Source: Octopus vulgaris (Eukaryota). From it: a stretch of 64,000 nt of DNA. The translations under genes and the position numbers were made by a program. Where the stretch lies: positions 22,444,001-22,508,000 of the forward strand of contig OX597832.1 in NCBI GenBank assembly GCA_951406725.2, given 5' to 3'. Positions 14,857-28,821 of the stretch are shown in pieces. The notes under the pieces were generated by a model, which worked only from the letters and a program-made list of their open reading frames with translations, ran no database searches and was not told the origin of the DNA. How positions within the stretch are numbered: the first letter of the stretch is position 1; each line of letters starts with the position of its first letter.

Positions 14857-16311
14857 ATTAAGTGAGATATTCGAGTGCGAAAAAATAGTAACGGGGAACA
14901 CAGTGGCGGGGAGAAAAAATATTGTTATAATTATATAAATTATATATAATATGCGTAGGCATGGCCGTGAAGTTAACAAGCTGGTTTCGCAATCTTGTGT
15001 TCAGTCCAATGGCGGGGCATCTTGGGCAAGTTTCTTCTACTATATAGCACCGGACCGACTAATGCCTTGCGAGAGGATTAGGTAGGGGGAAACTGTGAAG
15101 AAACCCGTAGGATTGAATGATGGAAACCCAACCTCCATCCCCCTCCCGCACAACACTTTCACCAACACCCCATCACAAACATCTCCATTACCAACACCCC
15201 TGTCTCAAACACTTCTATCACAAACACCCATATCACAGTATAATTTATAGCTTTATGGAGCCGTACAGAGCGTGAGAATAGGCCGTAGACAATCCATTTC
15301 ACAACACGCTGTAAAAGCTTGTTTTATAATCTCATTACTCCTATTGGCATAAAGGTGGCTAGCTGGTAGAGTCATTAGCACAACAGACAAAAGGCTTAAC
15401 GCTATATCGTCCGTAAACACGGACGATATAGCGCTAACAATTCTGCCAGCTCGCTGCCTTAACAGCTGTTTCAAATTTTGATACACGTTCAATAATTTTA
15501 GCAGGATACAATAATCGACTATATCTATCCTCTACTGGATTGGTACTCTATTTTATCGACCCCCGAACGGTTGAAAGCAACTGTAGGCATCCCTGACAGT
15601 CCCTTCTTGTGGTATCCAGTGACTGCAGTGTTCAAATTACGCCAAGGTCGATTTTTGCCTTTCATCTTTTCGGAGGCGATGAAATAAATACCAGCTGAGT
15701 AAAAAGTTCCGACCTTGCAACTATAAAAAAGAGGATTACTTTTCATTATTATACAAGTTCAAGCATTCATTTTTTTTATTCCGCTTCTTTTAAACCATTT
15801 GTCTTTTGGTTTTAGCTGCAGCCATATTTTGTGAACACCATATATTTATTGTCAGCTTTCTAACAAAAGAAATTCTTTTTATATTGGTTATTGACAAGAG
15901 GTTTGCTGCAACAATAGAAAGAAAAAGAATTAAAGGAGCAGCGAAACGTATATTAAAAGTGTATTTCGTGTGTTAAATAGGAATATTAAAAAAAAATACA
16001 AAGAACTACAGTGAAATTTTGACACACTAACATAAGCATTCACAATTATACATATATCATCCAGTTATTTTATGTATACATACATACACACAGGTACAAA
16101 CATACATACATATATACATACATACAGATATACACACAGATACATACATACAGACATAATTCGCTTTTGGATATACGCATCCTACCGCCATTATGAAGGA
16201 GGATCCACTATTCATACAAAAATGCCAATATAAAGGTGTATGCGTATGTGTATGTATGTATATATGTAAAAATGTATGTATGTATGCATGTGTGTGTAAG
16301 TGTTTATTTAC

Positions 16312-16364
<53 letters not shown>

Positions 16365-16630
16365 GATCTTTTTATATAGCCACATATATATGTATATATA
16401 TGTATATGTATATCCATGTATATACACGTATATGCATATGTATATGTGTATATATACATATACATGTATATGCATGTATATATATATATATGTATGTATG
16501 CATGTATGTATTTATACGCACACAAATAGATACAGACACACTCACAAGCACACATGTTAATATTCAAACTCATATATATGTAAATATAAAGAAATATATA
16601 TATATAATTATACATGTGTGTGTGTGCGCG

Positions 16631-16661
<31 letters not shown>

Positions 16662-17774
16662 AAATATGCACACACATGCCAACTGCAGATGCATACATGC
16701 ATAAAATATAGATTTTTCACGATAAATATTTATTAAGTTCCAAGCGTAGATTTTATAAAATACACCATGAACAACATCATATGCGTAAACACAAATATAT
16801 ATATACGCACACACACAAGAACACACAGAGACATAGATATGCTTATATATGCATATACATATAAATATATGTACACAGAGGCATATCAAAAATGAAAACA
16901 AAACTATGAATAACAACGAAAGCCTAAAAGATGTATATAGAGAAGAATTACATTGACGCTCAAACATACAAAAATAAGCAACCATACATATATACATTCT
17001 TGCATGTATGCATATATTCAACCATACATAAGTACATAAATACATACACACAGACACATACATACACATATACATTCATCGATCCATCCATACATACATA
17101 CATATTGATACATAAATATACAAACATATTGATACATTGATGCATACATACATGTATACATACATACATACGTACAACCAGACATACATACACACAGATA
17201 TACATGCATTCATATATACATACATTCACATACACATACATACATACATACATACATACATACATACATACATGCATACATAAATAGACACTCATGTACA
17301 TACATGTATTCATATATATTTACATACACACATACATACATACATACTTACACACATACATAATATATATACAGACATAGATTAATTCATATATACATAC
17401 GTTCACATACACACACATACACACACATACACACACATGCATACATACATACATACGTACATACATATAGACATACATACATGTATATGATGTTATTTGC
17501 ATGTATGTCTTTCGACTAAGCCAATAAGCTGTGGATATGTTTTGTCATAGGAAACAGTTTACTTTCTAACGTAGATACACACATACCTACATACATACTT
17601 ACATGCATACGCGCATACATACTCACAGACACATACATGTATTGATACATATACACATATATACTCACACACATACATGCATTCATATATACATGCATAC
17701 ATACATACATACATACATGCTTGCATAATACATACATTCATACATACATACATACGTTCATACATACATACTTG

Positions 17775-17806
<32 letters not shown>

Positions 17807-18492
17807 CATGCTTATATACATACATGCTTACATACATATATACAAACGTACATACATAATGGTATATGTACATATTTGTATATATACATACATATTTGTA
17901 TACCTACATACCTGCAGACATACATACATACTTGTATAAATACATACATTCATACATACATACTTGTATATATACATACATACTTACATACATAAATACA
18001 TACATACACACATAAATACATACATACACACATGCTTGCATACATACATACAACCATACATACATGCATACAACCATACATACATACATACAAACATACA
18101 TACATACATATATAATTGCATTTATACATATTTGCATATATACTAACATATTTGCATACCTACATGCATACCTGCAGACATATATAAATAGATACATGCA
18201 TACACACATACATACTTGCATGCATACATACGTATACGTGTATGCATACATACATATACATGTATACTTACATGCATACACATGCACGCACACACACACA
18301 CACACACACGCACACACACACACACACGCACACACGCACACACACACACACTCATATACACATATTTACACGTATATAAAGGATGCGTATAGGTTTCATA
18401 TTTTGTCTTATTTCTGTTTTTCTATATTTATACATAGGATCTTCTGCAATAGAAAATTTTTTTTAAAAAAGAGGTTTAAACTCTCATAAATA

Positions 18493-18493
<1 letters not shown>

Positions 18494-18524
<31 letters not shown>

Positions 18525-18599
18525 GGACGACGACGATGACGATGACGATGATGATGACGATGACGATGATGATGATGACGATGATGACGACGATGACGC

Positions 18600-18650
<51 letters not shown>

Positions 18651-18731
18651 CGACGATGACGATGACGAAGATGATGATGACGACGATGAGGATGGCGATG
18701 ATGATGATGATGATAATGACGACGTCGACGA

Positions 18732-18772
<41 letters not shown>

Positions 18773-18786
18773 TCGACGACGACGGC

Positions 18787-18834
<48 letters not shown>

Positions 18835-18860
18835 AAGGATGATGATGACGATGACGGTGG
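18494..18860. repeat. Compound (GAT)n/(GAC)n trinucleotide repeat
   Basis: About 120 triplets. Confidence 0.95.
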
Positions 18861-19228
18861 CGATTAACGCGTTGGAGTCAGATTGCGAGAAATAGCAACC
18901 AAAATTTCCTCACATCAAATAAAAAAAAATTGTTTCGTTCTATAATGCGATCAAAGGCTTTCCAGCCATGCTCATCTTGTTTTTTATGTAATGTACAGGA
19001 AATCAAAGGTCACATTAACGAACATCTTAATTTTTAAAATTTTAAGATCAGATTTGAGGTTAATATAGCTGTTATTTCTAGCGACGAAACAGAAACATCG
19101 TCTTTGGCTCGGTCACAAAGTATTGTTATATGCTTGTGTAGTCTTAGCTTATCCACGATTGCGCACACAAGTGCTCAAATAAAATCCAACCGTGACCATC
19201 CTAACTACTACAATGAAAAGAAACTCGT

Positions 19229-19665
19229 TAGGCGTATGAGTGGCTGTGTAGTGAATAGCTTGCTTACCAACCACATGGTTCTGGGTTCAGTCCCACTGCG
19301 TGGCACCTTGGGCAGGTGCCTTCTACTATAGCCACGGGCCGAGCAAAGCCTTGTGAGTGGATTTGGTAGACGGAAACTGAAAGAAGCCCGTCGTATATAT
19401 GCATACATATATATGTATGTGTATATGTTTGTGTGTCTGTGTTTGTCCCCACCAACATCGCTCGACAACTGATGCTGGGGTGTTTACGTCCCCGTTACTT
19501 AGCGGTTCGGCAAAAGACACCAATAGAATAAGTACTAGGCTTACAAAGAATAAATCCTGGGGTCGATTTGCTCGACTAAAAAGTCGGTGCTCCAGCATGG
19601 CCGCAGTCAAATGACTGAAACAAGTAAAAGAGTAAAAGAGTGAAAGAGTAAAGAGTAAAGAGAGT
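19229..19665 (+). mobile_element. SINE family B, full length, with (AGTAAAAG)n tail
   Basis: A/B-box head, internal TA/TG tract, ...ccagcatggccgcagtcaaatgactgaaacaagtaaaagagtaaaagag. Confidence 0.85.
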
Positions 19666-20250
19666 ATATTAACCACTGTGTAGTTTTGTTTTTTGGTGTG
19701 ATTTGCAGGAGACTTGGCTGCTATGTCTAGCAGACTGAGTGACCACATGGAGGCTGCCAGTTGGCTCGATAGAAAAAGGTGTTAAAATATATATATATAT
19801 ATATATTGAACTGCTATTTATGAGAAAAATCAATAATTTTTTGTTGAAATAACTGAAGCGAGCACTGAAGGAGCTGACAGAAGCTTAATAAACAATCTTT
19901 AGATCCTAAGAAGCATCTAGAATCTAGTAAAATACAAACCAATAATTTATTTTGTGTAAAGATTCAATATATTTTACTTTGTAAAGGATAAATGCTAATC
20001 TGAAAGGAGGCCGAGTGGACGGGGCGGGTGGGCGGGTGGGGGATGTTGCGAACGACTGGTGGTGGTGGTGGTGGCGGTGGTGGCGGGTGATTGTGGGTGG
20101 TGGACTGAACGAGGCTCATATTTCAAAATCTAAATTTTATAGCTATTTTATGAAAGGGTTTTAATCTTAAACCAACTTCACAAATATATATAACATATAG
20201 TAACAAAGATAATAATAATAATAATAACAACAACAACAACAACAACAATG

Positions 20251-20316
<66 letters not shown>

Positions 20317-20525
20317 CCAGGACTTACAAACACATATAACATACAGAAAATTGCACTACAAGGCACTGTACACATTCTACGCAGAACACTTTCCATACAA
20401 TAACCATCAGGGCATCACAACAAATCACAACACATACCCAAGGCACACAGAGCTGCGCTCGGTAGTGAAGTGAAAGCACGCTATAAAAATAAAACTACTG
20501 AATAATAATAATAATAATAATAATA
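20317..20525 (+). mobile_element. 3' end of an R4/Dong-like (RLE-type) LINE in a (TAA)n tract
   Basis: 20317-20403 reads PGLTNTYNIQKIALQGTVHILRRTLSIQ*, the QK.ALLGT.HILR C-terminus typical of RLE LINEs; short 3'UTR and (AAT)n on both sides. Confidence 0.7.
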
Positions 20526-20647
20526 AATGCCCTGATGCAGTACCAGGCAGTGGCTCTCGTGGCTTCTGATCTTAACTGATTGGAAGTGTTATCATGTACA
20601 TTGTTTTGTCTTGGCATAAAAGATGGGCTACAGTAAATATTCTGTTC

Positions 20648-21040
20648 AATACCTATTTCTTTATTACCCTCAAGGGGCTAAACACAGAGGGGAGAAACAA
20701 GGACAGACATAGGTATTAAGTCGATTAAATCGCCCCCAGTGCGTAACTGGTACTTAATTTATCGATCCCGAAAGGATGAAAGGCAAAGTCAACCTCGGCG
20801 GAATTTGAACTCACAACGTAACGCAGACGAAATACCTATTTCTTTATTACCCACAAGGGGCTAAACACAGAGGGGACAAACAAGGACAGACATAGGTATT
20901 AAGTCGATTACATCGCCCCCAGTGCATAACTGGTACTTAATTTATCGTCCCCGAAAGGATGAAAGGCAAGGTCGACCTCGGCGGAATTTGAACTCAGAAC
21001 GTAACGCAGACGAAATACCGCTAAGCATTTCGCCCGGCGT
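20648..21040 (-). mobile_element. SINE family A tandem dimer inside another repeat (about 20528-21470)
   Basis: Two units joined by gacgaaatacctatttc. Confidence 0.85.
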
Positions 21041-21480
21041 GAGATTTGCTTGTCAGTTGTTTGACCTTAACCAGTTGACCATGTCCCTTAGTGGCTGACG
21101 ATATGTGCATCTCTGATCATGAGCAGAAGTAGTGGGGGAAACATCATAGCCATGCGTTGAGAGGGATTCTTTGGGTTTGAATAATTCGCCTCTGGAAACA
21201 TGGGTGTTTCGTTCAACATCGTCAAACAACCCTTATTCAGGGACCTTTTGAGCGGTATGGCTTACTCGACCAGAAGAAAATTCTAACTGGGCTCCACCTG
21301 CATGGTCATGTGCTGTTTATCTTGATATGAGATCACCATGTAGTGCACATATGGTTGTGATGCATGTGCCTGGTGTACCCTTATCAGACGGGTAGTCATG
21401 GTTGGTATACTGGGCTTCGTATATTTTACCCCAGTGTCACTTTGATGGCATGCACTGCTCTCTCACTCAATAATAATAAC

Positions 21481-21527
<47 letters not shown>

Positions 21528-21809
21528 TAATAATAATGGTTTCAAATTTTACCACAAGGACAACAATTTTCGGGGGAGGGGAGGGGATGAGTCGATTACA
21601 TCGACCCCCAGTGTTCAACTGGTACTTATTTTATCGATCCCGGAAGGATGAAAAGCAAAGTCAACCTCGGCGGAATTTGAACTCGGAACGAATAAGACGG
21701 ACGAAATGCTGCTAAGCACTCCACTAGGCGTGCCAACGATTCTGCCAGCTCACCGCCTTTGGTTTCAAATTTTGGGACAAGGCCAGTAATTCTGGGATCG
21801 CTATATTTG

Positions 21810-22035
21810 TTGCCCGTTCCCCTCTTATGTATCGTATGAGGTGGAGGTTATCGTAAATGGATCTACTGGGGATCGCACCTTATCGTGCTTCCTTGACCAA
21901 ACGAACTACAACAAGCGACAACCTCTTTGTTAACACCTTGGCCAAAATCTTAAACTCTGCAGTTATCAGAGTTATGTGTTGGAAATTATCTATAATAATT
22001 TTGTTGGCGTCCTTTCTTAGTAGCCTTCTAAAGAA
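21810..22035 (-). pseudogene. L1/Tx1-clade reverse transcriptase fragment
   Basis: Minus strand reads LLRKDANKIIIDNFQHITLITAEFKILAKVLTKRL...AR*GAIPSRSIYDNLHLIRYI (N-terminal RT motifs) with a stop codon. Confidence 0.7.
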
Positions 22036-22816
22036 GTATTTCCGTTCCACTCCGCTGGATGCAAAATGGCCACTATTTTAAAAGCCCTGCTTTGTCTAGA
22101 TCTGAAAAATCGTCTGCACATCTAGACTTAATTCTTTCATGGGAAAAACTCTCCTACTCCACCACCCATTTCTGTCAGAGCAGAAGATGCGTCTGTTTTG
22201 TAGTCGTCAAAAAAAAAGGGGCGGGGGGGCTGAGTGTATGCGTTCTAAAAAATATAGTCTTACTAATGGCTACCACATTTATGTCAAGTGATCGGAGACA
22301 GTTGAGCAAATGCCATTACTTCCAAGTTGACTCTCGCTTACATATATTTATACACCCTACCCTGAGTGACCCCATGTCTATTGGAGAAAATATCTGGAAA
22401 GATTACTCACTCTCGTCATTGAGAAGGTTGAATGGTAGACATTTTTTCTCAAGGGTCGGAAGTGTATTTCAAAGATCCTTGTAATAATAATGTTTTGTTT
22501 GTTGTTTTTCGAATAATCCCATTATTTTCCGAGAAACTACCAAATACAGTATAATAAACACCATTTTTAATTAATAATTTATCTTCAGGCGTTTTGCTGA
22601 TGAATTTCTCAATTTCTTCCTCTTCTTTTGTCTTTAAATTTTGTTTTCGCAATTAAGTCAATCAACTTTAAATATTATTTAAATAAATATCATTTAAAGA
22701 TTAAATATTATTGTTTATAACGGGAAAGTTATTTGTTTGTTTGTTTGTTTGGTTGTGTTTGATGTTATTTCTTTTTGGTGTTTTTGTTGTTTGTGAACAT
22801 GTGCTTTCTCCTTGTC

Positions 22817-22982
22817 TTCTTCTTCTTCTTCTTCTTCTTCTTCTTCTTCTTCTTCTTCTTCTTCTTCTTCTTCTTCTTCATTTCTTCTTCTTCTTCTTCT
22901 CCTCCTCCTCCTCCTCCTTCTTCTTCTTCTTCTTCTTCTTCTTCATTTCTTCTTCTTCTTCTTCTTCTTCTTCTTCTTCTTC
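22817..22982. repeat. (CTT)n/(CCT)n microsatellite
   Basis: Direct inspection. Confidence 0.95.
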
Positions 22983-23737
22983 CAATCAGGACTCACGCCA
23001 TTAGCCACAAATAATAATCTCTAATTCGAGCCTACACTAAGCTACTAAGAGTGCGTGTGGCAACGTGAAGATCCACCCACCATACGCGATAGCTATATTT
23101 TCTAGCATTTACTTTTTACCCCTTTTGATAATCATTTGCCAATCTTTGGGTTCCATCTTCGTCTTTTCCTCATTTGACAATGACTGAAAGATATAGGTGA
23201 ATGCTGGTTGTAGCACGCATGCGCACGTGTGAAGTTTTGTCATCGTTTTTTTCTTTTAATCTTGCTACAGCTTTTGTGCTGTTGCCGTGATTGGTAATAT
23301 ATTGTAGTTGGACGTCAGCAGCAAATGAGTTTTGGGTTATTATTGCCAGAGGACAGAAAGCCTCCTGACGGCTAGAGCTCTTCCACAAAAGTAATCACCA
23401 ACTCATATATATGAGACAATCAAGAAGTAACGAAATTGGGAAAGCGCTCACGCTGATAAAACTGTCGCGAGAGAGGTATTCGCTAAACCAACAAACAAGC
23501 CAGCCAACCATTTCAGTCTAGCTGATACATACATACATACACACATACATACATACATACATACATACATACATACATACATACATACATGCATGCATGC
23601 ATGCATACATACATACATACATACATGCATGCATGCATACATACATACATACATACATGCACACATACATACATACATACATACATACATACATACATAC
23701 ATACATGCACGCATACATACATACATACATACATGCA

Positions 23738-23787
<50 letters not shown>

Positions 23788-23804
23788 TACAGAGAGAGAT
23801 AGAA

Positions 23805-23840
<36 letters not shown>

Positions 23841-23882
23841 TTATATCTCTCTCTGTATCTATCAAGATATATATATATATAA

Positions 23883-24039
23883 TATGGAGATATACTTGCA
23901 TAGCAAGTGACTTGATCTGAGATTGTGTACTGAAACAAAAACCATTGAAGTGTGGAAGCTGTTTATAATCCATTTAAAAACCCCACAAAATCCGTTAGAT
24001 TCACTTCAACATTTAAATTTAATTTATCAAAATATTTTC
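23883..24039 (-). mobile_element. Truncated, diverged copy of family F1
   Basis: ggagatatacttgcatagcaag...tcaaaatattttc matches 1256-1411; adjacent to (TA)n; breaks within the ribozyme-like motif. Confidence 0.7.
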
Positions 24040-24484
24040 AAACTATCACTGGTAGAATCAATGTAAATTATCATCTAGTAGGTGTATATATATAAATGAT
24101 ATTTTTGTGTATATAAATGATGTTTGTGTGCAAGTGCTCGTCCTCTCCACAACCTGACAACTAGTTATGGCTTGTTTACGTTCTCGTAACTTAGCGGTGC
24201 GACGAAAGAGACCGGTAAAATAAGTACCAGACTTATGAAAAGCTCGAAAGTACTAGAGTCGATTCTTTTGCCTAGATCTTTTAAATCTGTGCTCCACCTT
24301 GGCCGCAGTCTGATGATTATTTTATATAAAAATATTTCGTCGTATGTTTATGATCTTGTCGGGTACACTATGTCTCACACATATTCGTTAATGTATATTT
24401 TTCTAGTTTAAATATACACACGCGTGTGTGTGTCTATGTGTATATATGCGCAAGTACATGAATATATATGTGTGCAAGTATAAG

Positions 24485-24522
<38 letters not shown>

Positions 24523-24599
24523 CACACACGATAAGCACATACATGCGAAACAAGGAGGAAAAAATAGTACTCGAATACCGGAGGTAGAGTAATAAAAAT

Positions 24600-24716
<117 letters not shown>

Positions 24717-25321
24717 CATACATATATATATGCAGATCACAAAATATATGTGTGTATATCTATGTATATGTATGAGTGTGTGTGTGAATACATGTATATA
24801 TATAGATATCTGTGCATATATATGTATATATATATATGTATGTATACATGTATATATATTTGCATATATATGTACACACACACACACACACACATATATA
24901 TATGTATATGTATGCTTCAGTATATACATATAAAACACACAGTAATCTAGGGAGTATTATCACCACCATCACCAGTGCCCTCCTCATCATTATCTTCCTC
25001 TTCCTCCTCCTCTTCATTTTCCTCCTCCTCCTCTTTATCGTCATCAGTTGGCGTTCGAAAATTGTTCTCGAGAGACTGGAAATAATTGAGGAAGTGAAAA
25101 GGACGGATTAACTAAATCTAAATTAAAGATCTTTATCTGCGACATTCTGAAAATGGCTAATATGTGATAAAGGTTAAGACTGGTCTTTGACTGTTAATTT
25201 AAGATAGTGAATATGGCAGGCACCATGGAGAAATCATGATTATGTTCTGGAAAATAAAACAACACAAAACAAGCATTCACCTGCCAAACAACCAGCAAAC
25301 CGATCCGCCAGTCAGACAGAC

Positions 25322-25837
25322 AACAAACCAATCAGTTAAACAATGAACCAGGCTGCCAAACAGCAACGAACTAACCAACCAAACGACCAACCAGTCAACC
25401 AACAAACCAACAAACCAACCAACCAACCAATCGACAAATCAGCCAACCAACCAGTCAACCAACCAACAAACCGACAAACCAACCAACAAACCAACAAACC
25501 AACCAACCAACCAACCGACCAACCGGCCAACCACAAACCAACCGACAAACCAGCCATCCAAGAAACCAACCGACCAACCAGCCAACCACAAACCAACCGA
25601 CCAACCAGCCAACCAATAAACCAACCGACAAACCAGCCAACCACAAACCAACCGACCAACCAGCCAACCAATAAACCAACCGACCAACCAGCCAACCACA
25701 AACCAACCGACAAACCAGCCATCCAAGAAACCAACCGACCAACCAGCCAACCAATAAACCAAACGACAAACCAGCCAACCATAAACCAACGGACCAACAA
25801 GCCAACCAAGAAACCAACCGACCAACCAGCCAACCAG
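25322..25837. repeat. Complex (AACC)-derived minisatellite with higher-order duplications
   Basis: aacc/cgac/agcc variants; the block ...cgacaaaccagccatccaagaaaccaaccgaccaaccagccaacc occurs twice. Confidence 0.85.
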
Positions 25838-25913
25838 GTAACCTCCATAGATTTTGAAATAAGAATTTAAAGAGAAATGTTTCGTGGCATTTGTTCCGAC
25901 GCTCTAACATTTC

Positions 25914-26494
25914 TTATTTCTTTATTGCCCACAAGGAGCTCAACACAGAGGGAACAAACAAGGACAGACAAACGGATTAAGTCGATTATATCGACCGCAG
26001 TGCGTAACTGGTACTTATTTAATCGACCCCGAAAAGTCGACCTCGGCGGAATTTGAACTCAGAACGTAGCGGCAGACGAAATACCTATTTCTTTACTACC
26101 CACAAGGGGCTAAACACAGAGAGGATAAACTAGAACAGACAAGTGGATTAAGTCGATTACATCGACCCCAGTCGGTAACTGGTACTTAATTTATCGACCC
26201 CGAAAGGATGAATGGCAAAGTCGACATCGGCGGAATTTGAACTCAGAACGTAGCGGCAGACGAAATACCTATTTCTTTACTACCCACAAGGGGCTAAACA
26301 CAGAGAGAACAAACAAGGACAGACAAACGGATTAAGTCGATTATATCGACCGCAGTGCGTAACCGGTACTTAATTTATCGACCCCGAGATGATGAAAGGC
26401 AAAGTCGACCTCGGCGGAATTTGAACTCAGAACGTACCCGCAGACGAAAATACGGCTACGCATTTCGCCCGGCGTGCTAACATTTCTGCCAGCT
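25914..26494 (-). mobile_element. SINE family A tandem trimer
   Basis: One head plus units joined at gaaatacctatttc (26078 and 26262; period 184). Confidence 0.85.
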
Positions 26495-26663
26495 CCGTTA
26501 AGTAAAAGTAACAAATTGGTTTCATTCTTCCGTTCCCATGCTTGTAAACTAGTGTAAAATGCAAGAAAATTAAGATAATATTCAAAGTAATGTTATACGT
26601 TTCGTTTAAACTCCAAATATATCACAAAAGGTAGTTTACCTTCAGAACTTATTTAGTACTTCC

Positions 26664-26729
<66 letters not shown>

Positions 26730-26733
<4 letters not shown>

Positions 26734-27176
26734 AAATATTAGGGAATAAATCCAAACTTACAAGGAAAAATCAGATTTAGGATTGAATCCAATTTTATAG
26801 TAAAATATTATATTATATTAAATTAGAGATAAAACCACTATTAGGCAAATCATACAATGAAAAACTTAAGCCAATACATAAGATTATTTAATTTATATTA
26901 TTTAAATATATATCAAAATTATTAAAAAAGATAATTAATATAACACTACGATCGTTTCATGGCTGTTCAATTCTTAAAATTTTCGAGTTGCAGTCATTCC
27001 GAAAATTTTAAGAATTGAACAGCCATGAAACGATCGTAGTGTTATATTAATTATCTTTTTTAATAATTTTGATATATATTTAAATAATATAAATTAAATA
27101 ATCTTATGTATTGGCTTAAGTTTTTCATTGTATGATTTGCCTAATAGTGGTTTTATCTCTAATTTAATATAATATA
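26730..27176. mobile_element. Foldback element (family F3) between (TA)n tracts
   Basis: Arms 26809-26985 and 27000-27176 appear perfectly complementary, with a 14-nt loop; partial copy at 57570-57686. Confidence 0.7.
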
Positions 27177-27205
27177 TATATATATATATGTATGCAGCAC
27201 GGATT

Positions 27206-27256
27206 TTTGTCAGTGAACAGGTCGCGGCCTTAGAGCGACGAAAATATTTTGACAAA
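27206..27256 (+). ncRNA. Putative minimal hammerhead ribozyme with G3-C8 core, within F1 copy 27192-27397
   Basis: UUUGUCA GUGAACA G GUCGC(ggccuuaga)GCGAC GAAA AUAUUU UGACAAA; stems conserved versus the 1.5-kb copy while loop II differs. Confidence 0.6.
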
Positions 27257-27777
27257 TTAAACTTAAATGTTGAAGTGAATCGAATGGCCTTTGTGTGTTT
27301 CATAAATGGCTTACAAACACCTTCCACGCTGCAATTGTTTTCGTTTCAGCACACGATCTCAGATCAAAGCACTTGCTATGCAAGTACATCCCCGTACTTC
27401 CAGTATTATTTTTCTAGTATTATTTTCCCTTTCTCGTTTACACTTAAATCTTTACATTCAAGTGGTTTTATACTCGCAAAAACATTTACCCATGCATACA
27501 CGCACACATATATACAGACACATACATATGCATATACATTGAAGCAGATAGACACATATTTATATAAAGAAGGAGGAACAAAAATATACATGTTGATGTT
27601 AATTTTAATATTTTTCAGTTTCAGAATTTATTATTGGACATGTCAGACTGAAGTGGACAGGTATCTCAGTTGCATAAATTTATCATAATTCATTTGCGAA
27701 TAATATATCATATACACCACTTATTTATCAACTTGGTTCAGACAATTATATTGACACGCATACAGAATGTATGTACG

Positions 27778-27856
<79 letters not shown>

Positions 27857-27918
27857 CTATACAAACATGTAAATATATATGTATATGTATGTATGTATAC
27901 ACACGCACATACACGCAC

Positions 27919-27970
<52 letters not shown>

Positions 27971-28459
27971 CCAGCTATACAAACATATAAATATATATGT
28001 ATATGTATGGATGGATGGATATATATATATATATATAATTATAATATATATATAATAATAATAATGTGTGTATGTGTGTATTAATATATTTGTGTAAATA
28101 TATTTGGGTATGCAAATAGAATAAGATGAACTCAGTAAGTGAATGAGAGAATATTTTATCGTTCAAAGAATTTGATTAAATCTGTCGGCACTCCCACTTT
28201 ATCGCTTGTATTCTTAAGCGACAAACAATCCACAGACACCGTGCAAACACACACATCATACGCACATACACACATACACTCATATACTATATGCATGCAT
28301 ATTACATATAATATATACGTACATATATTCATATGTATATATATGCATATATCCATATATATATGTATACACACACATACACATATATACTTAGGTAAAT
28401 GCAGATACGTGGGAACTTAGAAACATATACCAAAATTATATATATATATGTATATATAT

Positions 28460-28690
28460 ATTTCTTTATTGGCCTCAAGGGGGCAAAAGAGAGAGGGGAC
28501 AAAATGGACAGACAAAGGGAATAAGTCGCTTATATCGACCTCAGTGTGTAACTGGTACTTTATTTATCGACCCGGAAAGGATAAAAGGTAAAGTCGACCT
28601 CGGCGGAATTTGAACTCAAAACGTAACGGCAGACAAAAGACCGCTAAGCATTTCGCCCGGCACGCTAACGTTTCTGCCAGCTCGCCGCCT
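28460..28690 (-). mobile_element. SINE family A monomer in the presumed GPCR 3' UTR
   Basis: Complete head aggcggcgagctggcagaaacgttag, about 130 nt downstream of the stop codon, in sense orientation. Confidence 0.85.
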
Positions 28691-28821
28691 TTATATATAC
28701 ACACACACACATACGCACACACACACACACACATATATATATACACACGCATATACACGCACACATGTATCTTAAGATATAGTTCGTTAAAGTTGTAGTT
28801 TTCGTTGGTAGCCTCTCCTCG

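Noticed and set aside
18494-18895. Poly-Met/Thr ORF
   Set aside because: A (GAT/GAC)n trinucleotide repeat with no supporting gene structure.
25336-25910. N/Q/P/T-rich and W/L/V/G-rich ORFs resembling mucin or membrane proteins
   Set aside because: Product of the AACC-derived minisatellite, open in several frames on both strands.
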